Shown: in pieces, positions 9,151 to 18,768 of the stretch
How positions within the stretch are numbered: the first letter of the stretch is position 1
How the letters are laid out: the number at the start of each line of letters is the position of its first letter
Assembly (NCBI GenBank): GCA_963759785.1
Contig: CAVXAM010000005.1
Coordinates: 360,420 to 424,419 of the forward strand
Reading direction: 5' to 3'
DNA from: an uncultured Chloroflexia bacterium
GTDB lineage: Bacteria > Chloroflexota > Dehalococcoidia > Dehalococcoidales > RBG-16-60-22
DNA: 64,000 nt
Translations under genes and position numbers: made by a program
Notes under the pieces: generated by a model
What the model was told of the DNA's origin: nothing
The model's input: the letters and a program-made list of their open reading frames with translations, nothing else
The model's database searches: none

Positions 9151-10338
9151 ATGCCGGGGAAAATTTTAGTTATCGAAGACGACCCCACGTCGTTGAGGCT
9201 CATCGAGTATGCCCTCAAACAGCGTGGCTATCAGGTTTTAACAACTATTAATGGGCTGGAAGGCATTATCACCGCCCAGAGAGAAGAACCTGATTTAATT
9301 ATGCTGGACATCATGCTGCCCGGCATCGATGGTTTTGAGGTCTGCCGCCGACTCCATGCCGGCTCCCAGACGGCTCGAGTGCCGATTTTAATTATTTCCG
9401 CTAAAACTCAAAAAGAAGATATCAACGCCGGATTCAGAGCCGGCGCTGATGATTATTTGCCGAAACCTGCCTCGCCTGTCGAAATCATCAACCGTGTAGA
9501 AAGTCTGCTCGCCAGGAAAATATCTGGCCAGGCGAAGGTCATTCCCTTTGTCAACTCCGGTCAGATTTCCGGTATGGCGACGATTGCCTTTAACGTCGCC
9601 GCCGCGATTAACGAACAGGGTAAGTCCGTTACCTTAGTCGATGCTTCGGGATATCAAAAAGAGAACGGTATAAAAAACACCGATGCATCAAAGCCAGCGA
9701 ACCAGGCAATCCTCGAGGCGGACGGCAATAATAACGGTTCGCATAACGGCTCGAACGAGCCGGGCTTTATGACTCTGCCCTCGGGCATCCGCGTGCTGAA
9801 CGTTGACGATGTGTCAGGAGGCGCCGGCGTCGTGCCCGATGCCAGCCTTGAGTTGGTCAAGAAAATCGGCAGAGCTAATGATTATTTATTGGTGGCTTTG
9901 ACTCTAAAGCCTACCGCTTTTACCAGCGCCATACTAACGGGCTGCGACCTGACGATTATCATGAGTGATTATCGTATCGAAAATATCCAGGGTATCAAAA
10001 ATACGATTACTCTATTGCGCTTTTTAGGCGTCACCTCGGATAAAATCGCTACCGTATTGGTCGACCCCGAAGGCAGATACCCGAATTTAACCGCCAATAA
10101 TTTAAAACCATACATCGAGGCTAATCTGGGCATTACGCTGGCGGAGGTGATTTCCTTCGACGCTAAGATATACCAGTCGTATTACTTGGACAGCCAGCCT
10201 ATCATCCAGTCCACCCCCAACCAGAAATTAGCCCAGGATATCCGGCGTATAGCCCAGTATATTATGACTTTCAATTATGAAAAAGAAGAAAAGAAGCAAA
10301 TTACCGCCGAGATACCGACGCTGGAGAGTAAAAATTGA
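9151..10338 (+). CDS. response-regulator receiver fused to a ParA/MinD-like (TadZ/CpaE-like) domain with a degenerate P-loop
   Basis: REC signatures are present: EDD, phospho-acceptor D in LIMLDIMLPG, SAKT, LPKP. The C-terminal part aligns to the CpaE/MinD fold (VIPFVNSGQISGMATIAFNVAAAINEQGKSVTLVD), but the KGGxGK[ST] Walker A lysine is absent. Confidence 0.7.
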   Translation: MPGKILVIEDDPTSLRLIEYALKQRGYQVLTTINGLEGIITAQREEPDLIMLDIMLPGIDGFEVCRRLHAGSQTARVPILIISAKTQKEDINAGFRAGADDYLPKPASPVEIINRVESLLARKISGQAKVIPFVNSGQISGMATIAFNVAAAINEQGKSVTLVDASGYQKENGIKNTDASKPANQAILEADGNNNGSHNGSNEPGFMTLPSGIRVLNVDDVSGGAGVVPDASLELVKKIGRANDYLLVALTLKPTAFTSAILTGCDLTIIMSDYRIENIQGIKNTITLLRFLGVTSDKIATVLVDPEGRYPNLTANNLKPYIEANLGITLAEVISFDAKIYQSYYLDSQPIIQSTPNQKLAQDIRRIAQYIMTFNYEKEEKKQITAEIPTLESKN

Positions 10339-12020
10339 CATTAACGAATAACAAACCCAAAGCCACGCTGGGCGAGACGCTGGTTCAGATGAAGGTCATC
10401 ACCGAGGAACAGCTGCGGACCGCCCAGGAACGGCTAAAAGAGCAGGGCGGCAAACTAAGCGAAATCCTCGTCGATTTAGGATTCATCAAAGTTGAAGAGC
10501 TGGCTTCGTTCCTTAGCATCATGTGGAACGTGCCCCTTATCGACCTTAAAGCCCACATCGTCCAGCCCGAGGCTTTAGCGCTGATACCGGAAGAGTTGGC
10601 GAGGAAGCATATCTTGGTTCCACTGCAAATCATCGGCGATTCACTGATGGTGGTAATGGCGGACCCGGATGACTATATCGCCATCAATGATATTTTCGCC
10701 TGTACTAATATGAAAGTACAGGTAGCGTTCGCCAACGGCGCTGATATCCGGCGCGCCATCGATATCTACTATCGCGCTACCGAAGAAATCCAGGCCCGGG
10801 TTAATAAGCTTGGTCCGATTTCCAGCGAACAAAAAACTGTCTCCGGCTTTAGTGTTGAGACGCCTATCACGGAAAGTCTCGACCTCCTTATCGAACAGGC
10901 GGTGCGCGACCGGGCTTCGGATATTCACCTGGAGCCGCAAAGCAACCACCTGCGCATCCGCTATCGCATCGACGGGGTACTGCATGACGTAAATTCCGTG
11001 CCGATTAGCGCCCATGCGGAGCTGGCTTCCAGGATTAAAATTCTGGCGGAAATGGACGTTACCCGCTCGAAACAGCCGCAGGACGGCCAGTTCTCCGTTA
11101 AAGTCGGCGAGAAAACCATTGATATCCGCGTCGCCTCGACGGACACGATTTACGGCGAAAGGATAACGCTGCGTCTCTTAGATAAATCGGTAGCGCTTTT
11201 TACTTTGCCGGAATTAGGCTTTTTACCGGATATACTGCATAAATATCAGAAGCTTCTACATTACCCCTTCGGCATGATTTTAGTGGGAGGTCCTACCGGC
11301 TCCGGTAAAACCACGACGCTTTATACGTCCATTAACGAAATCGACCGCAAGCGGCATAACATCATGACGATTGAAGACCCGGTTGAGTACCAGTTCGAAG
11401 ATATCAGCCAGAGCCAGCTGGACCCTAAAACTGGCATCAGCTTCGCCAGCGGTTTACGGGCGATGTTACGCCAGGACCCCGATGTTATCCTCGTGGGCGA
11501 AATCCGCGATAACGAAACTGCCATTACCGCCGTCCAGGCAGCCTTAACGGGACATCTCGTTTTTTCTTCCATCCACGCTAACGAGGCGGTAGGTATGATT
11601 GTGCGTTTACTCGACCTCGGCGTCGAGCGGGGCTTGGTTTCCTCGACGTTAATCGCCTTGCTCGCCCAGCGGATGGTGCGCCGGATTTGTACCAACTGCC
11701 GCGTGATGAACGTGCCTACCGCTGCCCAGAAGGCGATTTATGTTAAAGAGATGCAGCAGGAATTAACGGCCGTTTATAAAGGCGCCGGCTGCCACCTCTG
11801 TGGTAATACCGGCTATATGGGCAGGATAGGTATCTTCGAACTGCTGATTATGAGCGAAGAAATGCAAAAGAAGCTGGTCAATAACGCTAGTATCGGCGAA
11901 CTGCGGGAGCAGGCGGTTCACGAAGGGTATCACACCATGAAGCACGACGGTTTGACTAAAGTTAAAGAAGGAATCACCACTTTCGAAGAAGTGATGAGCA
12001 GCATATTTACACTTGGATAA
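10335..12020 (+). CDS. pilB: type IV pilus assembly ATPase (GspE/PilB family)
   Basis: N-terminal GSPII_E_N-like domain, Walker A GPTGSGKTTT, Asp/His boxes, and a tetracysteine CTNC...CHLC motif. 4-nt overlap with the upstream gene. Confidence 0.92.
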   Translation: MTLTNNKPKATLGETLVQMKVITEEQLRTAQERLKEQGGKLSEILVDLGFIKVEELASFLSIMWNVPLIDLKAHIVQPEALALIPEELARKHILVPLQIIGDSLMVVMADPDDYIAINDIFACTNMKVQVAFANGADIRRAIDIYYRATEEIQARVNKLGPISSEQKTVSGFSVETPITESLDLLIEQAVRDRASDIHLEPQSNHLRIRYRIDGVLHDVNSVPISAHAELASRIKILAEMDVTRSKQPQDGQFSVKVGEKTIDIRVASTDTIYGERITLRLLDKSVALFTLPELGFLPDILHKYQKLLHYPFGMILVGGPTGSGKTTTLYTSINEIDRKRHNIMTIEDPVEYQFEDISQSQLDPKTGISFASGLRAMLRQDPDVILVGEIRDNETAITAVQAALTGHLVFSSIHANEAVGMIVRLLDLGVERGLVSSTLIALLAQRMVRRICTNCRVMNVPTAAQKAIYVKEMQQELTAVYKGAGCHLCGNTGYMGRIGIFELLIMSEEMQKKLVNNASIGELREQAVHEGYHTMKHDGLTKVKEGITTFEEVMSSIFTLG

Positions 12021-12050
12021 CACAGGATTTTACATAACAAGAGAGAATAA

Positions 12051-13262
12051 ATGTACCAGTATAAAGCCTATACGCTGGATAAAGAAATCGTTGAGGGCAC
12101 CATCGATGCTCCGAACGATAATGTGGCTGAAGAACTGCTGCGCAGCGCCGGTTATCACCAGATACTAACGCTGAATAAACAGCCGTCGCCTTTCTCTCTT
12201 GAGAGATTTTTACGCCTCTCTTCCAAGGTAAAGAAAACCGATTTCAGTGAATTCTTTTTCCAGCTAGCCACGTTGCTGGATTCTCAAATGCCGTTCATTC
12301 AGGCGCTCTGGCTGCTGGCTGAACAAGCTCCCAAGCCGGCTTTAAAAGACGTTATCTATAAAATGGGAGAGGATGTTGCCGGCGGCATCCCTTTTTCCAT
12401 AGCGCTGGCGAAGTATCCCAAACTCCTGTCGAACAACTATTGCCAGGTCATTAAAGTTAGCGAACAGTCCGGCGAGCTGACGCGCGGCTTAAGACTGGTA
12501 GCTGGCTATATTGAAAAAGAAACCTCGTTATCCGGTCACGTTAAGAGGATGTTATCTTACCCCGCCTTTTTAAGCGTCATGGCAATCGTCGTTATCATTA
12601 TCCTCTCCACCGTAGCGGTGCCGTCACTCACTAAGTTATTTAACTCCCTCGGCGTAGATTTACCGCTGGTAACGAAAATAATGGTTGGGTTTGCCAGTTT
12701 CATCGTGGACTATAAATTTATACTGCTGGGGGCGCTCGTAGTCATCGTGATTGCGGCATTGATGTTGAAAAACCGGCCCGGCGTCAAGAAACTCCTCGAT
12801 GCCTGGGTACTAAAAGTGCCTGTTTTCGGAAAAATAATCATCATGCGTAATGTTTGCCGGTTCTGTCGCAGCAGCGCTATGCTTATCGAGGCTGGTTTGA
12901 CGCTGCCGCAGGCTTTAACCGCTATTATCGGGACGGTCGATAGCGACGTCATCAAAAAGGCTTTAATCGATATTCGGCAGGATATTATCAAGGGTCGGGG
13001 TCTTTCGCAGCCGATGCAGCGAGCCGGATTTTTCCCAAAATTGTTGATTGACGTGGTCGCTATCGGCGAACGAACCGGCACTTTGCAGTCTGCTTTTTCC
13101 ACCATGGCGGATTATTACGAAAAAAGGCTCGATATGAGGGTGCAGCGGCTGCTGGGCATGATTGAACCTGCTTCGATTCTCATTGTCGGTCTGGTTATTA
13201 GCTTCATCGGCGTCGCTATCATTATGCCGCTGTACTCAATTTATCAAAATGTAGGGCATTAA
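12051..13262 (+). CDS. pilC: type IV pilus platform protein (GspF/PilC family)
   Basis: 403 aa with a duplicated T2SSF-type domain and three TM spans. Sits directly downstream of the PilB-like ATPase. Confidence 0.9.
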   Translation: MYQYKAYTLDKEIVEGTIDAPNDNVAEELLRSAGYHQILTLNKQPSPFSLERFLRLSSKVKKTDFSEFFFQLATLLDSQMPFIQALWLLAEQAPKPALKDVIYKMGEDVAGGIPFSIALAKYPKLLSNNYCQVIKVSEQSGELTRGLRLVAGYIEKETSLSGHVKRMLSYPAFLSVMAIVVIIILSTVAVPSLTKLFNSLGVDLPLVTKIMVGFASFIVDYKFILLGALVVIVIAALMLKNRPGVKKLLDAWVLKVPVFGKIIIMRNVCRFCRSSAMLIEAGLTLPQALTAIIGTVDSDVIKKALIDIRQDIIKGRGLSQPMQRAGFFPKLLIDVVAIGERTGTLQSAFSTMADYYEKRLDMRVQRLLGMIEPASILIVGLVISFIGVAIIMPLYSIYQNVGH

Positions 13263-13282
13263 TTTAGCGGAACAACAGCAAT

Positions 13283-13672
13283 ATGTTTAAACGAATATTA
13301 ACACAAATATCGCGGTGCCGTGACCAGAGCGGTATGAGCCTCCTGGAAGCGCTGATTTCTATCGCGATGCTGGGTGGCGTTATCATGGTGATGGTATTCG
13401 CGATGTCGGGCGGCATCTTATCGGTCGGCGAAAATGCCGAAGAGGTTTCGGCGCAGGAGCTTGCCCGGTCGCAAATGGAATACATCAAAAGCTGCGCCTA
13501 CGACCCCGACGCGACGACTTATCCTACCGTTACTGTGCCCGCTGATTACAGTATCTCGGTAGGGGTGGAATCCGTGCCGGATACCAATACGGATATCCAA
13601 AAAATTACGGCTAATATTTCGCGGGGCGGCGAAGTAATTATGACCGTGACGGACTATAAGGTGAATCGATGA
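13283..13672 (+). CDS. minor pilin / pseudopilin
   Basis: Leader ...CRDQSG then MSLLEALISIAMLGGVIMV, a G/M site with Glu5. Confidence 0.75.
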   Translation: MFKRILTQISRCRDQSGMSLLEALISIAMLGGVIMVMVFAMSGGILSVGENAEEVSAQELARSQMEYIKSCAYDPDATTYPTVTVPADYSISVGVESVPDTNTDIQKITANISRGGEVIMTVTDYKVNR

Positions 13673-14112
13673 AAGGAGAACGGGGTTTTACATTACTCGA
13701 AGCAGCGATAACTATCGCCATTACCGGTTTTCTCGTCGCGATACTTAGTTTGATTGTACAGCAAATCGTTACTGTGCCGGAAAAAGGCGGCAGCCAGGTG
13801 AGTGCCCTGCACTCGGTGCAAAATGCTGCCCACTGGATGACTCTGGATGGGCAAATGGCGCTGTCGGCTGTCGGTGGGGATGACCTGACGATTACTTTGC
13901 CGAGTGGTGCGATAATAAGCTACACGCTTGACGGTACCGAGCTAAAGCGTTCTTATGGCACCACGACCCAAACGGTGGCTGAAGATGTCGCCAGCGTGAA
14001 TTTTACAGTACAGGGTAGGGTTATCTATATGACGGTAGTTGCTACCCCGGAAAGCCGCTGGGGTATCAGCGAAAATCAGACCTACCAGGTTTATATGAGG
14101 CCAACGGGATAA
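13669..14112 (+). CDS. minor pilin / pseudopilin
   Basis: MKGERG then FTLLEAAITIAITGFLVA, a G/F site with Glu5. ATGA overlap with the upstream gene. Confidence 0.8.
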   Translation: MKGERGFTLLEAAITIAITGFLVAILSLIVQQIVTVPEKGGSQVSALHSVQNAAHWMTLDGQMALSAVGGDDLTITLPSGAIISYTLDGTELKRSYGTTTQTVAEDVASVNFTVQGRVIYMTVVATPESRWGISENQTYQVYMRPTG

Positions 14113-14114
14113 AC

Positions 14115-15425
14115 ATGAGAAAGAACGGCGAAAAAGGACAGGCTTTACCTTTGGTGATGATTGCCATCGTGCTGGGAGCGCTGGTATTGCCTCCTTTCCT
14201 GGGTCATGTCGATAGCAGCATCATCGGCTCGAGGAACTATGAGCGTATGCTTTATGAACAGTATACCTGCGACTCCGGCGTCGAACACGCTGTCTGGAGT
14301 TTGACCGATGGCACCGTCGCCGCTGAAATCTCCGACCCGGGCGATAGCACGAGTTATCTGTTGCCGGAATCGGTTAATAACCTGACGGCGAACGTAACGA
14401 TATGCAACAGCTATCAAGTTTTAGCCCAGGATAATTTCAACAGCGGAACCTGGACCGGCGGCAGCGGCTGGCTCGATAGCTGGACCCATTCGGGGGAATC
14501 AGCTGTCACGAACTCCGGCACTCCCTACGAAGGCGGGTATCATTTACGGTTGAGAAGTAATAATGGTGTCGTGAAACGTTCGATTAACCTCTCCCATAAT
14601 ATTAATATCTACCTTAATTTTTGGGCTAAGGTAGATGATTTCGAAAGCGGGGAGACAGCAACTTGCCGCATTAGTAGCGACGGCGTGAATTGGACTACCG
14701 TGTATACCTGGACTTCGGCTGATAGCGATAGTAATTACCATCACCGTTTAATAAGTCTGGCTTCGTATGATATGACCAGCCAATTTTGGATTTCATTTAA
14801 CTCTAACATGAGCAGCACGAGTGACTATTTTTACATCGATAAGTTGGAAGTGGTATGGCTAGCGTCGGCGCCAACGATAGCTGCTTCGGAAGATTTTGAA
14901 AGCGGCGACGTTACCGGCGGTATCAACTGGCTCGATAATTGGGACCTTTCCGGCGATGCGGCGATTACTACTTCAGGCGGCCCTTATCAGGGCAGCTACC
15001 ATTTGAGATTAAGAGACAGCACCGGTGTCGCCAAACGTTCGGTTGACCTTTCCGACGTCTTTTTAGCTACCATACAATTTTGGGCAAAAGTTAGTGGCTT
15101 TGAAGGCAATGACCGAGCCACCTGCCAGGTTAGCAGTGATGGTCTTACTTGGACGACGGTTTATACCTGGACCAGAGCCTTGGATGATAATACTTACCAT
15201 TTATATACCATAGATTTATCAGCCTTCGAGTTAACGGGTCGGTTTTGGATTTCTTTTCATGCCAACATGAACCAAACCGATGACTATTTCTATGTGGATA
15301 ACATTAATGTGGAGAAAATCACCGGCTATGGCATTACTGTCGAGGCTGGTGATAGCACACTTAAGGCTGTGGTCGGCATCGATGATGGAAAGGCCGTAAC
15401 GGTTTTATTCTGGAGTTTTGTTTAG
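14115..15425 (+). CDS. pilin-like protein (no Glu5) carrying two tandem ~145-aa Trp/Tyr-rich modules; candidate tip adhesin
   Basis: N-terminus GEKGQALPLVMIAIVLGALVL. Residues 105-247 and 258-401 align at roughly half identical positions (for example YHLRLR, FWAKV, ATC.[IV]SSDG..WTTVYTWT, FWISF, DYFY[IV]D). Confidence 0.7.
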   Translation: MRKNGEKGQALPLVMIAIVLGALVLPPFLGHVDSSIIGSRNYERMLYEQYTCDSGVEHAVWSLTDGTVAAEISDPGDSTSYLLPESVNNLTANVTICNSYQVLAQDNFNSGTWTGGSGWLDSWTHSGESAVTNSGTPYEGGYHLRLRSNNGVVKRSINLSHNINIYLNFWAKVDDFESGETATCRISSDGVNWTTVYTWTSADSDSNYHHRLISLASYDMTSQFWISFNSNMSSTSDYFYIDKLEVVWLASAPTIAASEDFESGDVTGGINWLDNWDLSGDAAITTSGGPYQGSYHLRLRDSTGVAKRSVDLSDVFLATIQFWAKVSGFEGNDRATCQVSSDGLTWTTVYTWTRALDDNTYHLYTIDLSAFELTGRFWISFHANMNQTDDYFYVDNINVEKITGYGITVEAGDSTLKAVVGIDDGKAVTVLFWSFV

Positions 15426-15453
15426 TCGGGACAATTAAGAGGCAAGGCGGATA

Positions 15454-16050
15454 ATGGCAAAGAGAGAATCCATCAAGAGAAAAAGAAAAATCCCGATGCT
15501 GCTGCTGGGGGCAGTGGGGCTGGTTATCATCATCGTAGTCAATATTGTCATCTGGCGGGGTTATTTCGATAAACAAGCCCAGGCCAGCGCACTGAACGAT
15601 GAAGTCCAGCGGGTCAATGACCTGATTGCTTTAGCCGCCGAGCCGCCGTCGGAACTTGAACAGCGATTGGCAGCCGCCCAGGTTGAACTAGAGAATACTC
15701 TGACGGTCTTTCCGGAGAATGTCGATAGAAACGACGTTTTCGATTTTATCCTCAATACTGCCGACGAATGCCATGTAAATATCATTCCGCTGGTATCCGA
15801 AGGCGATGAATCAGGTGGTGCCGGGAAGTCTTATAAAGTCCTGAAATATCACGGCACTATTTCCGGTAGCTTGGGTAATGTATGCAGCTTTATGACCAAG
15901 CTACACAACACCAAGTATCCCACGATGATTATTAACAGCTGCGTTGTACAGCGGGCGACTCAAGAAGGCAACGCTAGTACGATTAATGATGTGACCGTCG
16001 TCGTTGAACTAAACTTATCGCTTTATGTATCTACTGCTCAAGGGAAATAA
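15454..16050 (+). CDS. PilO-like pilus alignment protein
   Basis: Basic N-terminus, a single TM (LLLGAVGLVIIIVVNIVIW), a coiled-coil, then an ~100-aa alpha/beta domain. Position within the pilus operon supports the call. Confidence 0.6.
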   Translation: MAKRESIKRKRKIPMLLLGAVGLVIIIVVNIVIWRGYFDKQAQASALNDEVQRVNDLIALAAEPPSELEQRLAAAQVELENTLTVFPENVDRNDVFDFILNTADECHVNIIPLVSEGDESGGAGKSYKVLKYHGTISGSLGNVCSFMTKLHNTKYPTMIINSCVVQRATQEGNASTINDVTVVVELNLSLYVSTAQGK

Positions 16051-16062
16051 GGATACTGATTA

Positions 16063-17520
16063 ATGATATTAACGACACTAAACTTAAGCTCGAACTTGAT
16101 TAGATATGTTGCCGTCGGCAGCAACGGCGCGTTGAAGTATGGCAGCGTAGCGCCGGAGGGATTAATCAATAACGGGCTTATCTTACAGCCGGACGTTATC
16201 GCCAGCCAGCTAAAGACCCTGTTTGCCGTGAATTCCCTCCCCCGCGAGAGGGTCATCTGCAGTATTAACGGTCTGCCGTTTTCTTACCGGCTTTTAACGT
16301 TGCCCAAAATGGAAACGGAAGCTTTCAATGAAGCTGTTGTCCGGGCAATCAGGAAGGAAATACCGATTTCCCCGGAGGAGATGTATCTCTACTGGCAGGC
16401 ATACCCGACCGAGAAAAACGAATGGCAGGTATTAGTCGCCGGCGTGACGCGCCAGCCGGTCGATAGTCTGATAAGAACGCTGCGTGAAGCGGGTATTCCG
16501 CCTTATTACCTCGACCTGCAGCCGCTTTCGTTAGCGAGGTTGACCAGCGAAAAAGATGCCATCATCGTTGAGTGCGAAAAGGACTATTCTAATATCGTCT
16601 TGCTGGTTGACGGCATACCGCAGGCTTTGAATATCATACCATCATTGGGTGCTCAAGCCGCTCAACCGGAAGAAGTGCGTCAGGTTACCAGCAAGTTAAT
16701 CAAGATGGTTGATTTTTATAACGGCAACCATCCGAAACAGCCCGTTAAAGATTCCGTTAAAGCCCTTCTGACCGGTGAGTTGGTTAATGACGCTAAGGTG
16801 GTTGACCTGGTGCGGCAGGAAGTAGCATACCCAATCGAGCTTCTGAAACCGGTAAATAAGGCTATTGCCAAGTTGCCGTTGCATGATTATGTGGCTAACG
16901 CCGGCTCCATGTTCATGGATGTGACGCCGAAAAAAGAAACGGGTAAGGATGTAACTCCGCATCGCAGCATTAATCTGGTTAAAATTGCTACGGAGCTTAA
17001 AGGCGGCGGTACCGGCGATAAAGCAATCAGGAAGATGCTGTTGTGGGGTACGGTAGCCGTCGGCGTTATCGCTTTAGTTCTGGCGTTTGTATTTCAGAAC
17101 CAGGCGCAGACCGATATCAACCAGGTTCAGGCGGAGTTAGACCAGGCTAACGAGCAGTATCATCAGATGCAGGATACGATTAAAAGCACCCAGTCGATTC
17201 AGGATGATATCGATAAAATCGAGGCTCAAATAAAGAGTGCTAATGATAACTATGCGACGGTTATCGACGCCAACGACTATGTCAGCGATATTGGAGCTAT
17301 CACCAGGTCCTTGCCGGAAGACTTCTTTTTTACCTCTTTTAAGATTGGCCGCGATGGCATCAGCGTTTACGGAAAAACGATTAAGGGTTCTTCGGTCGTG
17401 CAATTCGCCCGTAATCTTGAATCAATCGGCGGCTTTTCTGTAGCCGTCATCAACTGGATTGATTACGCGAGCAGCCTTGATAATTTTAAGATATCTTTCT
17501 TAATCACCATAACTCGCTAA
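16063..17520 (+). CDS. PilM-PilN-like fusion (actin-like ATPase-fold domain, TM, coiled-coil, PilN-like domain)
   Basis: N-terminal ~330 aa resembles PilM. Then a TM (LLWGTVAVGVIALVLAFVF), a coiled-coil and a C-terminal PilN-like segment. Last gene of the pilus operon. Confidence 0.6.
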   Translation: MILTTLNLSSNLIRYVAVGSNGALKYGSVAPEGLINNGLILQPDVIASQLKTLFAVNSLPRERVICSINGLPFSYRLLTLPKMETEAFNEAVVRAIRKEIPISPEEMYLYWQAYPTEKNEWQVLVAGVTRQPVDSLIRTLREAGIPPYYLDLQPLSLARLTSEKDAIIVECEKDYSNIVLLVDGIPQALNIIPSLGAQAAQPEEVRQVTSKLIKMVDFYNGNHPKQPVKDSVKALLTGELVNDAKVVDLVRQEVAYPIELLKPVNKAIAKLPLHDYVANAGSMFMDVTPKKETGKDVTPHRSINLVKIATELKGGGTGDKAIRKMLLWGTVAVGVIALVLAFVFQNQAQTDINQVQAELDQANEQYHQMQDTIKSTQSIQDDIDKIEAQIKSANDNYATVIDANDYVSDIGAITRSLPEDFFFTSFKIGRDGISVYGKTIKGSSVVQFARNLESIGGFSVAVINWIDYASSLDNFKISFLITITR

Positions 17521-17548
17521 TTTTATAACGCGTAATCCGCTTACGCAG

Positions 17549-17576
17549 TTGACTTATCTATACCTGATAGTATAGC
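17549..17576 (+). promoter_or_regulatory. candidate sigma-70 promoter for the ADH pair
   Basis: TTGACT, 16-nt spacer, TATAGC. About 80 nt upstream of ATG 17659. Confidence 0.3.
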
Positions 17577-17658
17577 CTCTTACAAGGACTAAGCTTTTAA
17601 ACCCAATGTTTATTCCATCAGGATTTCATGCTTAGAATTTACGTTTAAGGAGACAATC

Positions 17659-18741
17659 ATGAAAGCTGCCGTATGTTATGAACTCAACAAGCCTTTTACT
17701 TTAGAGGAAGTTACACTGCGCGAGCCGGTTAAAGGCGAGGTTAAAATACGCGTGGCGGCGACCGCGATTTGCCACAGTGATGTCCATGACATGAAGGGCG
17801 AAATGCCGGGTCCGGTACCTTTCATCGCGGGACATGAAGTAGCGGGGCATGTTGAAAAGGTTGGGGAGGGGGTAACTTACGTTAAAAACGGCGACCCGGT
17901 GGTGGTATCATTACTGGCGTCCTGCGGCAAATGCTATTACTGCGTTACCGGTCTGCCGCACCTGTGCCTCCACCGTTTCGACCCGCCTAAAGAGCCGCGG
18001 GTACGCAATAAAAAAGGACAGCCCCTCGCACTTAAAGGCAACATCGGCGGCTTTGCTGAATACGTCGTTGTCGATGAGTCGCAGATTGTCAAAGTACCTG
18101 AAGATATGCCATTGGATAGTGCGGCTCTAATCGCTTGCGGCGTCATCACGGGCTTTGGCGGTGTCGTCAATCGCGCTAAGGTACGACCCTTCCAGAGTGT
18201 GGTGGTGATGGGCGCCGGAGGGGTAGGCATTAACGCCATCCAGGGCGCGGCGTATTCGGGAGCTTATCCGATTATCGCTGTCGATGTGCTGGATAACAAG
18301 CTGAAAATGGCGCTGGGCTTTGGGGCGACGCATAAGGTAAACGCTAAAAGCGAAAAAGCGGTCGAGGAGGTAATGAAGTTGACCGACGGGCGGGGGGCGG
18401 ACTTTGTTTTCGTCACCGTCGGCAGCATCACCGCGATAAAGCAGGGTATGTCTTTCACCGGCTTGCGGGGCACCACTGTCCTGATAGGTTTGCCGAAATA
18501 TACCGACCAGTTTAGTTTTGCGCCGCTGGAAATTATTCCGGTTGAAAAGAACATCATCGGCGGCTTTATGGGGGCGACTAATGTGAAAGTAGATATCCCG
18601 CACCTAATAAACCTGTATCAAACAGGCAAGCTAAAGCTGGACGAACTGGTTACCGGACGTTTCCCCCTCGATAAGATAAACGAAGCGATGGCGCTGACCG
18701 AAAAGGGCGAGGGACTGCGCAACGTTATCATGTTCGAGTAG
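17659..18741 (+). CDS. zinc-dependent alcohol dehydrogenase (MDR family)
   Basis: CHSDVH and GHEVAG catalytic-Zn motifs, structural-Zn Cys cluster CGKCYYCVTGLPHLC, GAGGVG Rossmann motif. Confidence 0.9.
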   Translation: MKAAVCYELNKPFTLEEVTLREPVKGEVKIRVAATAICHSDVHDMKGEMPGPVPFIAGHEVAGHVEKVGEGVTYVKNGDPVVVSLLASCGKCYYCVTGLPHLCLHRFDPPKEPRVRNKKGQPLALKGNIGGFAEYVVVDESQIVKVPEDMPLDSAALIACGVITGFGGVVNRAKVRPFQSVVVMGAGGVGINAIQGAAYSGAYPIIAVDVLDNKLKMALGFGATHKVNAKSEKAVEEVMKLTDGRGADFVFVTVGSITAIKQGMSFTGLRGTTVLIGLPKYTDQFSFAPLEIIPVEKNIIGGFMGATNVKVDIPHLINLYQTGKLKLDELVTGRFPLDKINEAMALTEKGEGLRNVIMFE

Positions 18742-18768
18742 CTGACGTTAAAAGTTTTGAGGTGTTAA

